A stretch of DNA of 64,000 nt, from contig NC_088800.1 of NCBI RefSeq assembly GCF_011386835.1, positions 15,500,001 to 15,564,000 on the forward strand, given 5' to 3'. Source of the DNA: Chrysemys picta bellii (taxonomy: Eukaryota). A model generated the notes under the pieces. That model searched no databases. It was given only the letters and a program-made list of their open reading frames with translations, and had not been told where the DNA came from. Below, one piece after another: positions 33,913 through 63,854 of this stretch; the stretch's first letter is position 1, and each line of letters starts with the position of its first letter. Both the position numbers and the translations under genes were made by a program.

Positions 33913-36900
33913 TCAGTACTTCAGCTTCATATGTGGCCTTGCCACTGTGAGGATCCCCACCAGGGACGAGAGGAGGCCACAGAGCCCAATAACTCCTGGG
34001 TTGGTTTTGTAGATTCCCAGCTGGTCAAAAGGACTAGAGAGATCGCAAAGGTTCTTCACTGTGTCTAGCAACAAGGGAGGGTGTTTCCTCAGGGTGTGGT
34101 ACAGCAGGAGGAGAAAAGGCTGCAACCCACCTGCATGGAAACTGAACAGATCCTGATCTTGTTCATCACAATGAGAAGAGTTCTCCTTCCTTGCCTTCTC
34201 CCTTTGAGCCTCCTGTTCCATCTGCCAGGAGATCTCATACAAATCCCTGGTCAAATTCATCAGCAGTGAATAGTAATAGCATTTGGTAGCCCAGTTCCGC
34301 CACGTCTGCTTGTCAATGTCAGGGATGAGTCCAACACTCTTCACCCACAGGACTGTGTCACAGATGAAATACAGAACACGGTTGAGGTTGGAGGCTGTCA
34401 GGCAGAGACGGGGCACCAGGTCTGGTAGCTGGGTAGTTCGCCTGGCTGCTACCATGGCATGCACCATGTTGCCCAGTCTGAACACTGCAAGAGAACCCAG
34501 AGAAGTTAGCATGGCTCACTCCCTGTAGGCTGCCATCCAGTTCTGCTTTTCGACAACTAATTGCTCTTCTGGGCCTTGTATATTTAAATATTGTCTTTTC
34601 ATTTGAGGATAACTTTATATTTGCAGAAGTGAGAGGCTGGCAATAGTAGAGCCATGTATAGTAGACAGATACGATGCAAGCTTCACCCATATAGTTTTGT
34701 TGATGCACCTCAATATTCGCCAGCATCCCCTGCCATTCTAGTCCTGGGACATCCACACAGCTCTGCCAATGCCCGCCTGTCTGTCGTGACCTAGAACACC
34801 CTCCACTACTCCAGTCCCATTCTGGGGTCTCTTCTGAACGGGAACTACCGATCATGCTAAGTTCTAAGGTGTAAGTGAGAGAGCGATACAGACAGACACT
34901 CTGCTGTAACCTGAAGAGGATTTAACCCAGCTTTCTGGAAGGAAGGTGCTAGTGTACCAGTCCCATTGCACCTCTGAGCTACACCCTTTCTAAATTATTC
35001 TCGAGGGCTAATGATTCAGTCTGACCAACTCAGAACAACGCCTTTTCTCAGCTGCACATTTTTAGGGGAATTATGCTACAGCTAGTTCCCTGCCTGCAGG
35101 TGTCATATTTCAGTTCACAGCACCGATTACAAGTCTGCTTTCACTTACTCCACAGCATTGACTCCATCATGTGTATTTTCAGCAATACTAACCATACAAC
35201 ACAGCAGGTAATAAAGTGAGTGTAATTCTGGGGGGAGAAGGGTGTATCTACAATTCCATGACTACGCAAAATGAGGTCCTGTGATCCAAGGCTGCATGGT
35301 AATTTAACTACTTAAGAGCTGGCATAACTGGCATCTGCTTAGCTGGAATAAGCAATACGAACAGGGACCATCCCTCCGGATATGGGGTACTTACATTTAC
35401 GGCCAGAGCGCATGCTAGATTCCAACTTCTTGAGCTTCATTATCATCATCTCTTTGTCAGCCTTACGCTCTAATAAATAGCTAAGCAACATGCATGTGTG
35501 TTGAATGGCTCTGGAATGGAAAAAATGAGGAAAATGGTTGACAGGAGACACAAGGACCATTCGGAGGGGAGAGAGGGGAAGGGGGAGAAAGGAACAATTT
35601 CTTCCCAAGTTAGGGACTCCCTATGGACCATACCCATGCGACAGCACTGAGAGGTATAGAGATCACACGATATTACTTGTTAGGGTCAGCACTTTATGAC
35701 ATGAAGTGTAAGAAGCAATGCAAATGCAGCGTGAACATGACAATGGGAGACCATGCATCTGAGCAGCAAGCAGCCAATAGCGGGTTTTGTTGGGCACATT
35801 TGGCAATGCAATTGAATACTGCCTGAAACATCCACAGGCAAATACTGCAAAAATGCTAGCTTGCAGCAAGGCTCTGGGTCTATGAAGGGACAAAGCCAGT
35901 TTCCCTGACGGATCAAGATGCAGATCATTAGAATTTTTTGTTTTTCCAGAGTCTGTTATTTGTATTGTGTCCTCAGCAATCACTAAGCAGCAATACAGAC
36001 CCATTGGAATGGGTAGAATATGGAGATACCCCATAAAAGGGGTAAAGCTTCATAAATCACCTAACCCACTGCTGAAACCCAGCCAGCTCTGGGGTGGATC
36101 ACAGGAGCTGTGTGAGCACACACTAACATTGCACAATTTAGAAGTGGAAGTGAAAATCAATGTCTCCAATTGAATCTAGTAGCTTACAAATGAGTAAAGG
36201 AATTGAATTGAAACTGGAGGGAGGTTATACAGGAACAATCAATTAACTTGAGACAGACGGTGGCCGGCCATTGGGACAAACACCCCGCCACCTGGGGAAA
36301 GTGCTCAGAGATCACTAATAGCCACAGGAATCGCGGACCTGACTTCTACTTTTCATCCAAAGGCTGGTAGCTCCCTACAGCACAGCACCCCACTGGGGTC
36401 AGCACTGACTGGGGGAGCATGCCCCCTACTGAGCCCCACAGCACAGCACCCCCAGCACCACACTGGGGTCAGCACTGACTGGGGGAGCATGCCCCCTACT
36501 GAGCCCCACAGCACAGCACCCCCAGCACCGCACTGGGGTCAGCACTGACTGGGGGAGCATGCCCCCTACTGAGCCCCACAGCACAGCACCCCCAGCACCA
36601 CACTGGGGTCAGCACTGACTGGGGGAGCATGCCCCCTACTGAGCCCCACAGCACAGCACCCCCAGCACCACACTGGGGTCAGCACTGACTGGGGGAGCAT
36701 GCCCCCTACTGAGCCCCACAGCACAGCACCCCCAGCACCGCACTGGGGTCAGCACTGACGGGGGGACCATGCCCCCTACTGAGCCCCACACACCATAACA
36801 CCCCGTGGCACCGTGCTGGGGTCAGCACTGACTGGAGGAGTGTGCCCCATACTGAGCTCGCACCCCACAGCACCCTAGCACCGCGCTGGGGTCTCGAGTC

Positions 36901-37188
36901 AGCACTGACTGGGGGAGCGAGCCCCACCCGGCACCGCGCTGGGGTACTGAGGTCAGGCGCCGAGTCAGGGCTGGCTGCGCGGAGGCCCCGGCAGTGGCTC
37001 CCAGCGCTCTCAAGGGAGGCTCAGGTAAACCTGCCGCCCGGCTCGCGGCTGCAGGCGGGACCGGGCAGAGCTGCCGACAGCCCCCGACCGCGGCAGGGGC
37101 AGAGCTCAGCCCGAGCCCCCGGCCCCGCTCACCGGAAGAGCCGGTCCCGGCCCTGGGTCTGGTTGGTGAAGTTCACAAACGCCTCCAT
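33913..37188 (-). CDS. PEX11A: Peroxisomal biogenesis factor 11 alpha, 247 aa; exons 37188-37133, 35510-35395, 34484-33913
   Basis: Translation MEAFVNFTNQTQGRDRLFR|AIQHTCMLLSYLL...KLKKLESSMRSGRK|LFRLGNMVHA...LVPRLCLT...RDLYEI...HPPLLLDTVKNLCD...GIYKTNPGVIGLCGLLSSLVGILTVARPHMKLKY. Exon sizes 56, 116 and 572 nt equal those of human PEX11A as recalled; GT-AG junctions. Confidence 0.97.
36374..36951. repeat. 70-bp minisatellite in PEX11A intron 1 (5 near-perfect units at 36421-36770 plus degenerate flanking units)
   Basis: Unit GCCCCCTACTGAGCCCCACAGCACAGCACCCCCAGCACC(A/G)CACTGGGGTCAGCACTGACTGGGGGAGCAT starts at 36421, 36491, 36561, 36631 and 36701. Confidence 0.95.
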
Positions 37189-37440
37189 GCTGCCGCGGGG
37201 GGGGAGGGGGAGACCCCCTCAATCTCCTGCCGTGCTCGGGCTCGGGACGCCGCCCGGGACACACAGACAGGCTCCGCCCCGTGGAGCTGGGCCCGGAACC
37301 CTCCGCCCTGGGGCTTGTCTCCACCCGGACCGAGATCAGACTGGACCTAGCGCAGCAGTTACCATAGCAACCGATCAACGTTCGATTACAGGTGAGTGAG
37401 GGGGAGGGGACTAATCGCGGGGACGTATCCTCAGCAACCC
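36950..37440. promoter_or_regulatory. CpG island / bidirectional promoter of PEX11A (-) and WDR93 (+); WDR93 non-coding exon 1 donor CAG|GTGAGT after 37391
   Basis: CpG-dense. The PEX11A ATG (37188) and the WDR93 first donor (37392) are only about 200 bp apart and face away from each other. Confidence 0.85.
37358..37371. promoter_or_regulatory. RFX X-box GTTACCATAGCAAC
   Basis: Exact fit to the 14-bp X-box consensus GTYNCY-AT-RGNAAC, at the start of a ciliary gene. Confidence 0.8.
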
Positions 37441-37600
37441 CCCCCCCCGGGAAAGGGGATCCCCTCAGCAACAGCACCCGGGAATGGGGATCCCCTCAGC
37501 AGCACCTCCCAGGGAATGGTTATCCCCTAACAGGGGAATGGGGATCCCCTCAGCAACACCCTCCCCAGAAGTGGGGATCTCCTCAGCAACAACCCATCCC
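37430..37600. repeat. About 30-bp degenerate tandem repeat (GGAATGGGGATCCCCTCAGCA core, about 5 copies)
   Basis: Direct inspection; starts just after the WDR93 exon-1 donor. Confidence 0.8.
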
Positions 37601-38826
37601 CATGAATAGGGATAATTAATTCCAGGAGCCCCCCTGGAAATCCAGTGGCTGGGCCTCCCAGCTTTAAAAATTAAACCTTGTCGTAAGACTCAGCACTTAC
37701 CCCAGAATCACTTAGTCTTCAGGATCACATCAAAGCCTGCCTCTCATTTATCTATCTCCCCCACTCTCTGTCCCTTGGCATGCCCTTCATTGTAGAAGGT
37801 AGCATGGATCCTGATTTGTACCTAAGCAGTTCTAGTTGTTTTGTCTAGGACCTACTATCTGCTCCCAGGCTTGTTTGTGGGGTGGTAAATGGCACCCCTG
37901 CAGTTGCCAGCTCACAACACTGGTGGTTCACCCCATTTTCTCTGTATGAGTGGTTGAGTCAAGATGGCCTGCGGTCCCGAGCCAAATAAACCTGTACGGC
38001 AAGTGTTTAACTGGTGACATTTTAGAACTCCTCCAGCAGAGTGGAGGAGAGTGGAAAAGCTTATATAACTTGGGGTGTGGGTACAGCTCCCTGTAACTTT
38101 TCAGGAAAACGACTCTCTTGTGCTGGATTTTTTTACGCTTGTTTTCAGCCCAAAGGGGAATTTTTGGTACAGTTCCATTTGGCCCTTTCTGAGTTGTGTC
38201 AGTAGGAAATGTTTTGTTTTCCAAGTGTTTGTATATTATATTTCTGTGCGCTGATCATTGAGGTAAAGCCCCAAGGCCACCCAACAGGTCTGGAGCATCA
38301 TTGTGCTAGGCAATGTACAAACATCTAGGAAGTCAGAGGCCCTGTCGGTTAATTTAAGAGCTACTAACTTTCCATAAGCTTAGTTCACAGTGACACAGGC
38401 CTTTGACTAGTGCAAAGAAACGTGGTTTAGAAATAAGCAAAGTTTTAAGCAGTTTGAAAAATGTTCCTTTGAAACAAATCATATCTGTGACTTTCTCCAG
38501 GCTGGATAAGCAGGGAGACAGGCAAAAACCTGCCTACGTGTATCTTAATCTATGTGTAACACCACACCCAAAACGTGTATAACTAGCTGTGCATTTTAGA
38601 TGTCTAATCACTTGTGTACTTAACCTGCATATATCCACATGGATGGTACACGCATGGCACAGCACTGAGCTGTACAGGAGACCATGGGGAAAGCAGAAGC
38701 GAGTCCTACAAAATAGATATAGTCATTTCTCCATATAAAGATAGGAAGCTTCCTTCTTTGTTATAGCTAGATCCTAAGTATTTATCATCGTTTCCTCCCA
38801 TTATCTCCAGGATCTATTTACGGTAG

Positions 38827-57249
<18,423 letters not shown>

Positions 57250-58699
57250 TGGGGGCAGGAGGAGCTATAGTTCAGATCAACCTCGCAGCCCTGGGTTGGC
57301 ACTAGGCCCACAAGCCTGGCCCAGCATTGGCATTTTAACTGCAGACTATTTATTTTAACTGACTCATCTCCACCTCAAGGCAGCTCATCCCACTGACTGA
57401 CTTCCCCCACTCTAACCCAAGCCCACCGATCAGCCCATGCCAGCAGGGAGCAGCTCCTCCTCTCCTCATTCACCAAGGATACTTGCACCATATTTGGGGG
57501 GGCATTCTGATAGCAGTGTCTGCTCATCACAGGGAGGGACCCAGCAGCCCAAGCAGTTGAGCTAGAGAACGTGCAGCGCAGCTTTGAGTCCCCCACGGAC
57601 GTGGAAAGTCCGAGCCTAAGCAGAAGCTTCGTGAATGCAGTTGGGTCCATGTCTCTCCCTTTCAGTAAAGGCCTTCACACTGTTTGTATGTCTGTCTGTG
57701 GTGCTTCAGAGCATTGGCACTGAAGTGGGATTGCTCTTCTACCCCATCAGCTTTGGGGCTCCCCACAGGCTCATCCCCTTGCAATTTAACCAGCATGGTG
57801 CCTGGGGATGGGAGAGAATAGGACAGTGAATGCAGATGGACAAAGGCACCATTGTCCCACACGGTATTGGTGGCCTTTAGCAGCAACAGGGAATCCAGAT
57901 GTTCCCCTGAATCTCAAACTTTATTGACCAAGGATGGGCCAACACAGCGTTAGAGGCCTATGCTGGCACTGGCTATGCCTCTAGATGCTTCTTCCAGCCA
58001 GCATCACTTCTCTACCCAAACCCCACGCGAGGAAAGTGTTGCTCTCCATCAGGATCTTCAGTCAGCCCAACGAGATCTACCCATTTATCTAGGTTCTTGG
58101 CACTATGGTATCTGGACCCCTGCCATGGGGAAAGGATGAGGAGAACAGAAGAGAGGGGAAGGCCTGAGAGAGATGGGAGGGAGGAGCAGAACAGTGCTGG
58201 GGGTTGGTTTGATTTCTAGTCTCGCCTCCTTGCATCCACCCTAATCCTGCCATCAAAGCTGGGAATTATACAGAGCAAAGTCATTATTCCTGGACTTTGT
58301 CACTTGTCATGTCAGGGAAAGGGGGTACCTGCAGCCAACAGAGCTGCCTCTGTGACACTGCTGGGACTGACAGGCTGTAAGAGTAGGACTCTGGACTTGA
58401 GTCCTATGCGATAATGGAGAAATACTGACCACCTTTGGCCAGGAAATTCAGACTCCATTCCCAGCAGTCCCTGGAGGTGCTAGTTATTGTTAGGACATAT
58501 GGGGGGTTGGGCATTGCCCTCACAAACTACCTCTGCTGTTACAATCCCGAGAAAGTAACTTCTACACTGGGCCTTGCTGGATACCCAGAGCCAGGCACAC
58601 CTGACTGTGCTTAGGATTTGTTCCTGTTTGATCACCAATTCTGCCTGGACCCAGCAGAGTCAAGGGAAAGGGTAGGGACGGCTTTGTGGCCTGCAACAT

Positions 58700-58762
58700 G
58701 CAGGGGGTCAGACCAGATGATCATAATGGTCCCTTCTGACCTTAAAGTCTATGAGTCTATGA
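58700..58762 (+). mobile_element. CR1 LINE extreme 3' end with 8-bp tail repeats
   Basis: GATGATCATAATGGTCCCTTCTGACCTTAAAG followed by (TCTATGAG)2. Confidence 0.75.
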
Positions 58763-58892
58763 GCTGTTCCTTGGGGAATCAATAAGAAGACCGGATCACT
58801 CTGGACTAGAGAGGCTGCTAAAGGATTCCTGGGGGCTGCATGGGTCGGGGAGAGCTAGAACCACATTCATCCACACTGCGGGTTGCTTAGAA

Positions 58893-59225
58893 CAGTGGTT
58901 CTCAGAGCTGGTCTACCGCTTGTGTAGGGAGAGCCCCTGGCGGGCCGGGCCGGTTTGTTTACCTGCCCCATCCGCAGGTCTGGCCAATCGTGTCTCCCAC
59001 TGGCCACGGTTCGCTGCTCCAGGCCAATGGGGGCTGCGGGAAGCGGCGGCCAGTACGTCCCTCGGCCTGCACTGCTTCCCACAGCTCCCATTGGCCTGGA
59101 ATGGCAAACCATGGCCAGTGGGAGCCGCGATCGGCCGGACCTGTGGACGCGGCAGGTAAACAAACCGGCCCGGCCCGCCACGGGCTTTCCCTGAACAAGC
59201 GGCGGACCGGCTTTGAGAAGCACTG
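58893..59225. mobile_element. hAT-type palindromic MITE
   Basis: TIRs CAGTGGTTCTCA / TGAGAAGCACTG; perfect 8-bp TSD GCTTAGAA (58885-58892, 59226-59233). Confidence 0.92.
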
Positions 59226-60274
59226 GCTTAGAAGACGTTGAGAAGAGCAGCATCACGTCCAGTATTTGTTAGATGACTCCATTGAGCAGCAGAGGGAGCT
59301 CAGAGAATGTGTTTTGGTTTGAGCTGATCTATGGCCCAGGTCTGCATTCCTTGTGTACCTGCAACTCCAACTGACTTCAGCAGGCTTTGAATCAATCAAT
59401 CAGTCCTTAGTTCTGGGGGTAAGTTTTCCAAAAGGCTGAGGCCCAGCCTACGTAAGTTGGAGGCACAATTCCATCACTGGGGCACATGGAACAAGCACAA
59501 ACAGCCACTGCGAAAGGGAGGTTGCCCCTTGGGATAGTCAGCCCTTAAAGATTTAACACTAGACAGTGCCACTGCTGCCTCCTTGTGGTCAGCTGTTGTC
59601 ACTAGAGCAGTGGGCTGCAGACTGCTGCGTGCTTTGACTTTCAATAAGCAATCTTCCCCTTTGGAGGCAGGTGATAGATCCGGGGAGAAGAGACCAACAT
59701 CCTGCAGGGTTATGCGACAGCACAGCAGGCAGGGCAGCAGTCACATTGCGTTGCAGTCAGGTTCCAATCCCACAGGCTTTCCTCAGGCAGTTCTCCCTTG
59801 GACTTCAAACTGGGGCGTTTTGCCAAGTGAGGACCAAACCATTTTGCCTTGAATGTTTGTGGCCTTCGTGACCTAGGGGAGTAACATGCAATGGCTGGTG
59901 GGGCCCATTTCATCTATGGGGAATTCCCCAGGAAGGTGGCAATAAAGCAGCACACTAACCGTTGACTTTTTAAGCGCAGCATTGTCATAAATTACATCTG
60001 TGGCTAGTTCCTGGACTCTGCACAGAGATTGTGACTCAACAGCAGACATCCTTCTGTTCCTAGTGCTACTCAGTTTGCATATGCTTCTAGTTACAATGCA
60101 TCTTAAGCGTATGTGGCTCTTTACCGAAGACTTGAGCTCAGACCCTCAAGGGTATTTAGGCACCCAGCTCCAATTGACATCAAAAGTTTGTGCCTAAAAG
60201 CCTTTAAAATGTGGCCTTTAGGTCTGATCTTTTAACCACTACCACAATGTGATTCTCACGACCATGGTAGTCCT

Positions 60275-60393
60275 GTGACCAGATGTCCCGATTTTATAGG
60301 GACAGTCCTGATTTTTGGGTCTTTTTCTTATATAGGGATCTTATTACCCCCCACCCCCTGTCCTGATTTTTCACAGTTGCTGTCTGGTCACCT
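60275..60393. mobile_element. Short MER94/Blackjack-like MITE (degenerate termini)
   Basis: GTGACCAGATGTCCCG ... TCTGGTCACC inverted ends. Confidence 0.7.
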
Positions 60394-63300
60394 TGGCTTC
60401 CAGGAGTAAGCAGCAAAGGGGTGGGGCCTCAGATCATTAAACAGAAGCTGGGAGAGAAGCCCAGCCTCTACAGAACTGACCAAGACCCCAGAATGCTCTT
60501 GCAAATGCAGGAAGTCAATATAAAACCTAGATCTGTATAGAACTCTTCCCTGTGAATCTCCCCTATGTTAGCAGCTTGTAACTGTTTGCTCCCTCTAGTA
60601 GCTAATTTAACCCCTCCAGATATTAGTTTTCCAAAACTCAAAGGCTCAGCATAGAATTATTGTGGCTCTCCAGTAACACCAGCCCAGTTTGGGAGATGCC
60701 CATTTTCACTGCAGGCTCCCCCACAGCCTCCCCCTGGTGTTCAGTCACTTATCACTTGCCCAACAGGACTCTCTTTTGGCCTAAGTTTTCATGGGTGGTT
60801 TCAGCAATTTTGGGGGGGAAAGTGTAAAGAAAACCCATTCAGCTAGCAAAGCATAGGGCACGAGTAGGAAAGAAAACGATCCTTTACACACTTAGAGAGA
60901 GGTTCAGATGTTTGTTTTGCCTTTCAAAACTCATTTAGATTTAACCATTCAAAGCTGCCACCCTCACTGAGAGGTGTATGTTACTAAGTGTTGGAAATAA
61001 TAATGTTATTTGAAATTAATATTGCTGTGGGAAACCAAACACTAATTTAACCATACATTCCTTTATTAAATCCAAAGGCCAAAGGGTATTTATACAATTG
61101 CTCGAAATGTGCCTACAAAGCCTAAATAATCCACAATTTACTACACCCAATACAGTAACAAAAAGTATTCATAAGCATGTGATCAGTATACTTACAAATA
61201 GGCCAGACCTAGGGATGACAGTCTCATCCTGGCATACTCCCGCATGATAGTAGGGTCTGACAAAGAACCTTCAAATTCATAACTTTCATACCCTGCAACA
61301 AACATCAGAGCTAATTACTGCATTCAAATCACTTGTTAGCTAGACAACTCATCCTAATTTTGATCCAAATAAGATTTACAAGCCCCATCCCCCGCCCAGG
61401 GTCTTTCCTCCTTAATCTCTTCCCCTCCTTCCTGCTGGCCAACAGCTTTTTCATTGCACCTGGGTTCACATAGGATGGAGATAACACTGGTCTGTGGGGT
61501 GGGAAGGTCCACGTCGGCTCCTTTTATGAGAAATTCTTATTGAAAACCATCTGCAGTCAGCCCAATCAGTCAGAGGCCTTCTTAGAAGCTTCCCCTTATT
61601 CCATTAGTTATGCTTTGAACCAGACATCCTCCCTACTGCATTCCCTTTGGGCCTTATAACTCATTTTCAAGGCCATCCTTCTACCTCCTACGAGGGCCTC
61701 TCTTTACAACACACAGATATTTCCTTAATCCAAACTTAAACCAACTCGAATTATTTTTTTTAATCCTACACTAAGTTAGAGTAAGGGTGGGGGTGGGAGG
61801 GGTAAGAAATAAAGAGCCTGACTCTGCAGCTAAACATTGTGTTTCCTTTGTGCAAGATTCCCCATCCCCACCTTGCTTCCTGGGCTGCGGAATGGCAGCA
61901 GAGAGGATATGTGGCCACTACAACAGCACTAAGGCTAGATCAACCCTCCTACCATAAACACACACTGACAAGGATCCATGGCTGGGAAGTCCACATGCCC
62001 TGACGCTGTCCCCCAAAGAGCAATTATGGCTTCACAGCAGTCATCCCTGGAAGAGGGGGTATGATATGGGGGCAGATGTATTCACCTTTTCAATAGGTGG
62101 TCAGTTTGTTTGAATGTATTTATTCCTAGGCATGCTTATTAACAAACACAGAACTGTCATGAATAAAGCCCCACTAATGTGTCTGACCAAGATAACTAGG
62201 GGCGGGGAGACACCATGCAGAACAGAAAGGAATAACCAGTTGCAGGATGCTGATGAAGCGTCTTAATTTTTAGTCATGACTTTAATGCAGGTCAATTGTC
62301 TCCCCTTTCCCCTAAGGCCTACAGAATTGTTGGCATGATCAGCTATTTAAAATGTACATTGTGCTTTGGAGCACAGTAAACAGCTCTATGAACATTCTGG
62401 AGAGGATCGTAGGTAGTTAATCTTCCACTATTAAGGGGAACGCCTTCCACTCCCACTGCCTCAAAGTACTTGAGCCAAGCAGCTAGGGTGACTGCAGAGC
62501 TGGGGACATGATCCTGCTGCCACCACTGGGAGCTAATGAAAAGCCTTGTAAATACCAATATAAAGTAGAGATATAAATCCATCAGGGTTTTGATTGCTCT
62601 TTTGGAGGGGCTGAAATCTGTCCTCAGTGAGGTCAAAGGAGCTTCATGGGTTTAACTGAGTGTGGAACTTGGCCATCTATGATTTTTTAAAGAAAAAAAA
62701 AAAAGTATAGTGAACTCAAAGGATTATGCAAACAAGCAAACTAACAATGGCACCAAGATCCACATGGGGGAGCTCAAGCAACATCATTTGGAGAAAGCAG
62801 ATTGTTACAAGCTTTTATTCCATGGGGTGATTGTTTTTATGGGAGATGGTTTTCTGCTTTCATGTCACTAAATTGTCTGCTACACCTTCTGAGAAGCCAA
62901 ACACACATCCTGTCTGTTTCCTCACTCAGCTTTGCTGCAGTGATGGGGAATCTGAGACTGATCCAGTTCGGATTACGTTCACATCTGAACACAAAGGGCA
63001 GGTCCATCTAAATATTTACCAGCCAAGGGAAAGGTGGGTTCCCCATGACCTCTGTGGTGAGTGTTGCAAACACAGGTGAAGAGGGAGAACTAATGCAGAC
63101 AGCTGGATGGGGTGGCACTCCTCATATCCTGGGGGCCAGGAGGAGGCCAGGACCATTAAACTGGAGACCTCCACATTCTGGCCCCCAATGGTGCTCCTGT
63201 TGTCCCTGGCAGCATTTCGCCACTGGAAATATTCATGGATTCCAAGGCCAGAAGAGACCATTGTGATCATGTAGTCTGACCTCCTGTCTAACCCAGGCAA

Positions 63301-63739
63301 CAGAACTTAAGAACATAAGAATAGCCATACTGGGTCAGACCAATGGTCCACCTAGCCTGGTATCTTATCTTTGGACAGCGGCCAATACCAGATGCTTCAA
63401 TGGTAATTAACAGACCAGAGCAATCAAAGTTATTGCTGTCATCCAGTCTCAGCATCTGGCAGTCAGAGGCCTAGGGACACTAAGAGCATGGGGTTGCATC
63501 CCTGACCATCTTGGCTACTAGTCATTGATGGACCTAACCTCCATGAACTTATCTAATTCTTTTTTAAATCCAGTTATAGTTTTGACCTTCACAACATCCC
63601 CCGGCAACGAGTTCCACAGGTTGACTGTGCATTGTATGAAGAAGTACTTCCTTTTGTTTGTTTTAAACCTGCTGCCTGTTAATTTTGTTGGATGACCCCT
63701 GGGTCTTGTGTTATGTGAAGGGTAAACAACACATCCTTA

Positions 63740-63854
63740 AAAAGAACAGGAGTACTTGTGGCACCTTAGAGACTAACAAATTTATTAGAGCATAAGCTTT
63801 CGTGGACTACAGCCCACTTCTTCGGATGCATATATAACATGGCTGCTACTCTGA
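63740..63854. mobile_element. Short Penelope-like (pseudo-LTR) insertion with an inverted terminal piece, nested in CR1
   Basis: Recognised abundant turtle repeat AAGAACAGGAGTACTTGTGGCACCTTAGAGACTAAC...CTTCGGATGCA, then ACATGGCTGCTACTCTGA (the repeat's other end, inverted); 12-bp TSD AACACATCCTTA (63728-63739, 63855-63866). The Penelope assignment is from memory. Confidence 0.75.
63788..63825 (-). ncRNA. Minimal hammerhead ribozyme-like motif
   Basis: Minus strand CCGAAGA-A-GUGGGC(UGUA)GUCCAC-GAAA-GC(UUAU)GC-UC has a variant CUGANGA core, a 6-bp stem II, GAAA, a short stem III overlapping the palindrome AAGCUU, and a UC cleavage motif. Stem I pairing is poor. Confidence 0.5.

Noticed and set aside
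36421-36770. Regular repeat array resembling CRISPR
   Set aside because: The units are head-to-tail with no unique spacers, the context is eukaryotic and there are no cas genes; it is a minisatellite.
62343-62636. 97-aa minus-strand ORF (QWWQQDHVPSSAVTLAAWLKYFEA...) as an upstream exon of the candidate gene at 61.2-61.5 kb
   Set aside because: It has a plausible acceptor at 62533 but no credible phase-0 donor, and I recognise no family.
63033-63053. WVPHDL peptide resembling the mariner transposase WVPHEL motif
   Set aside because: Flanking residues show no transposase HTH or DD34D similarity and there are no TIRs; most likely chance.
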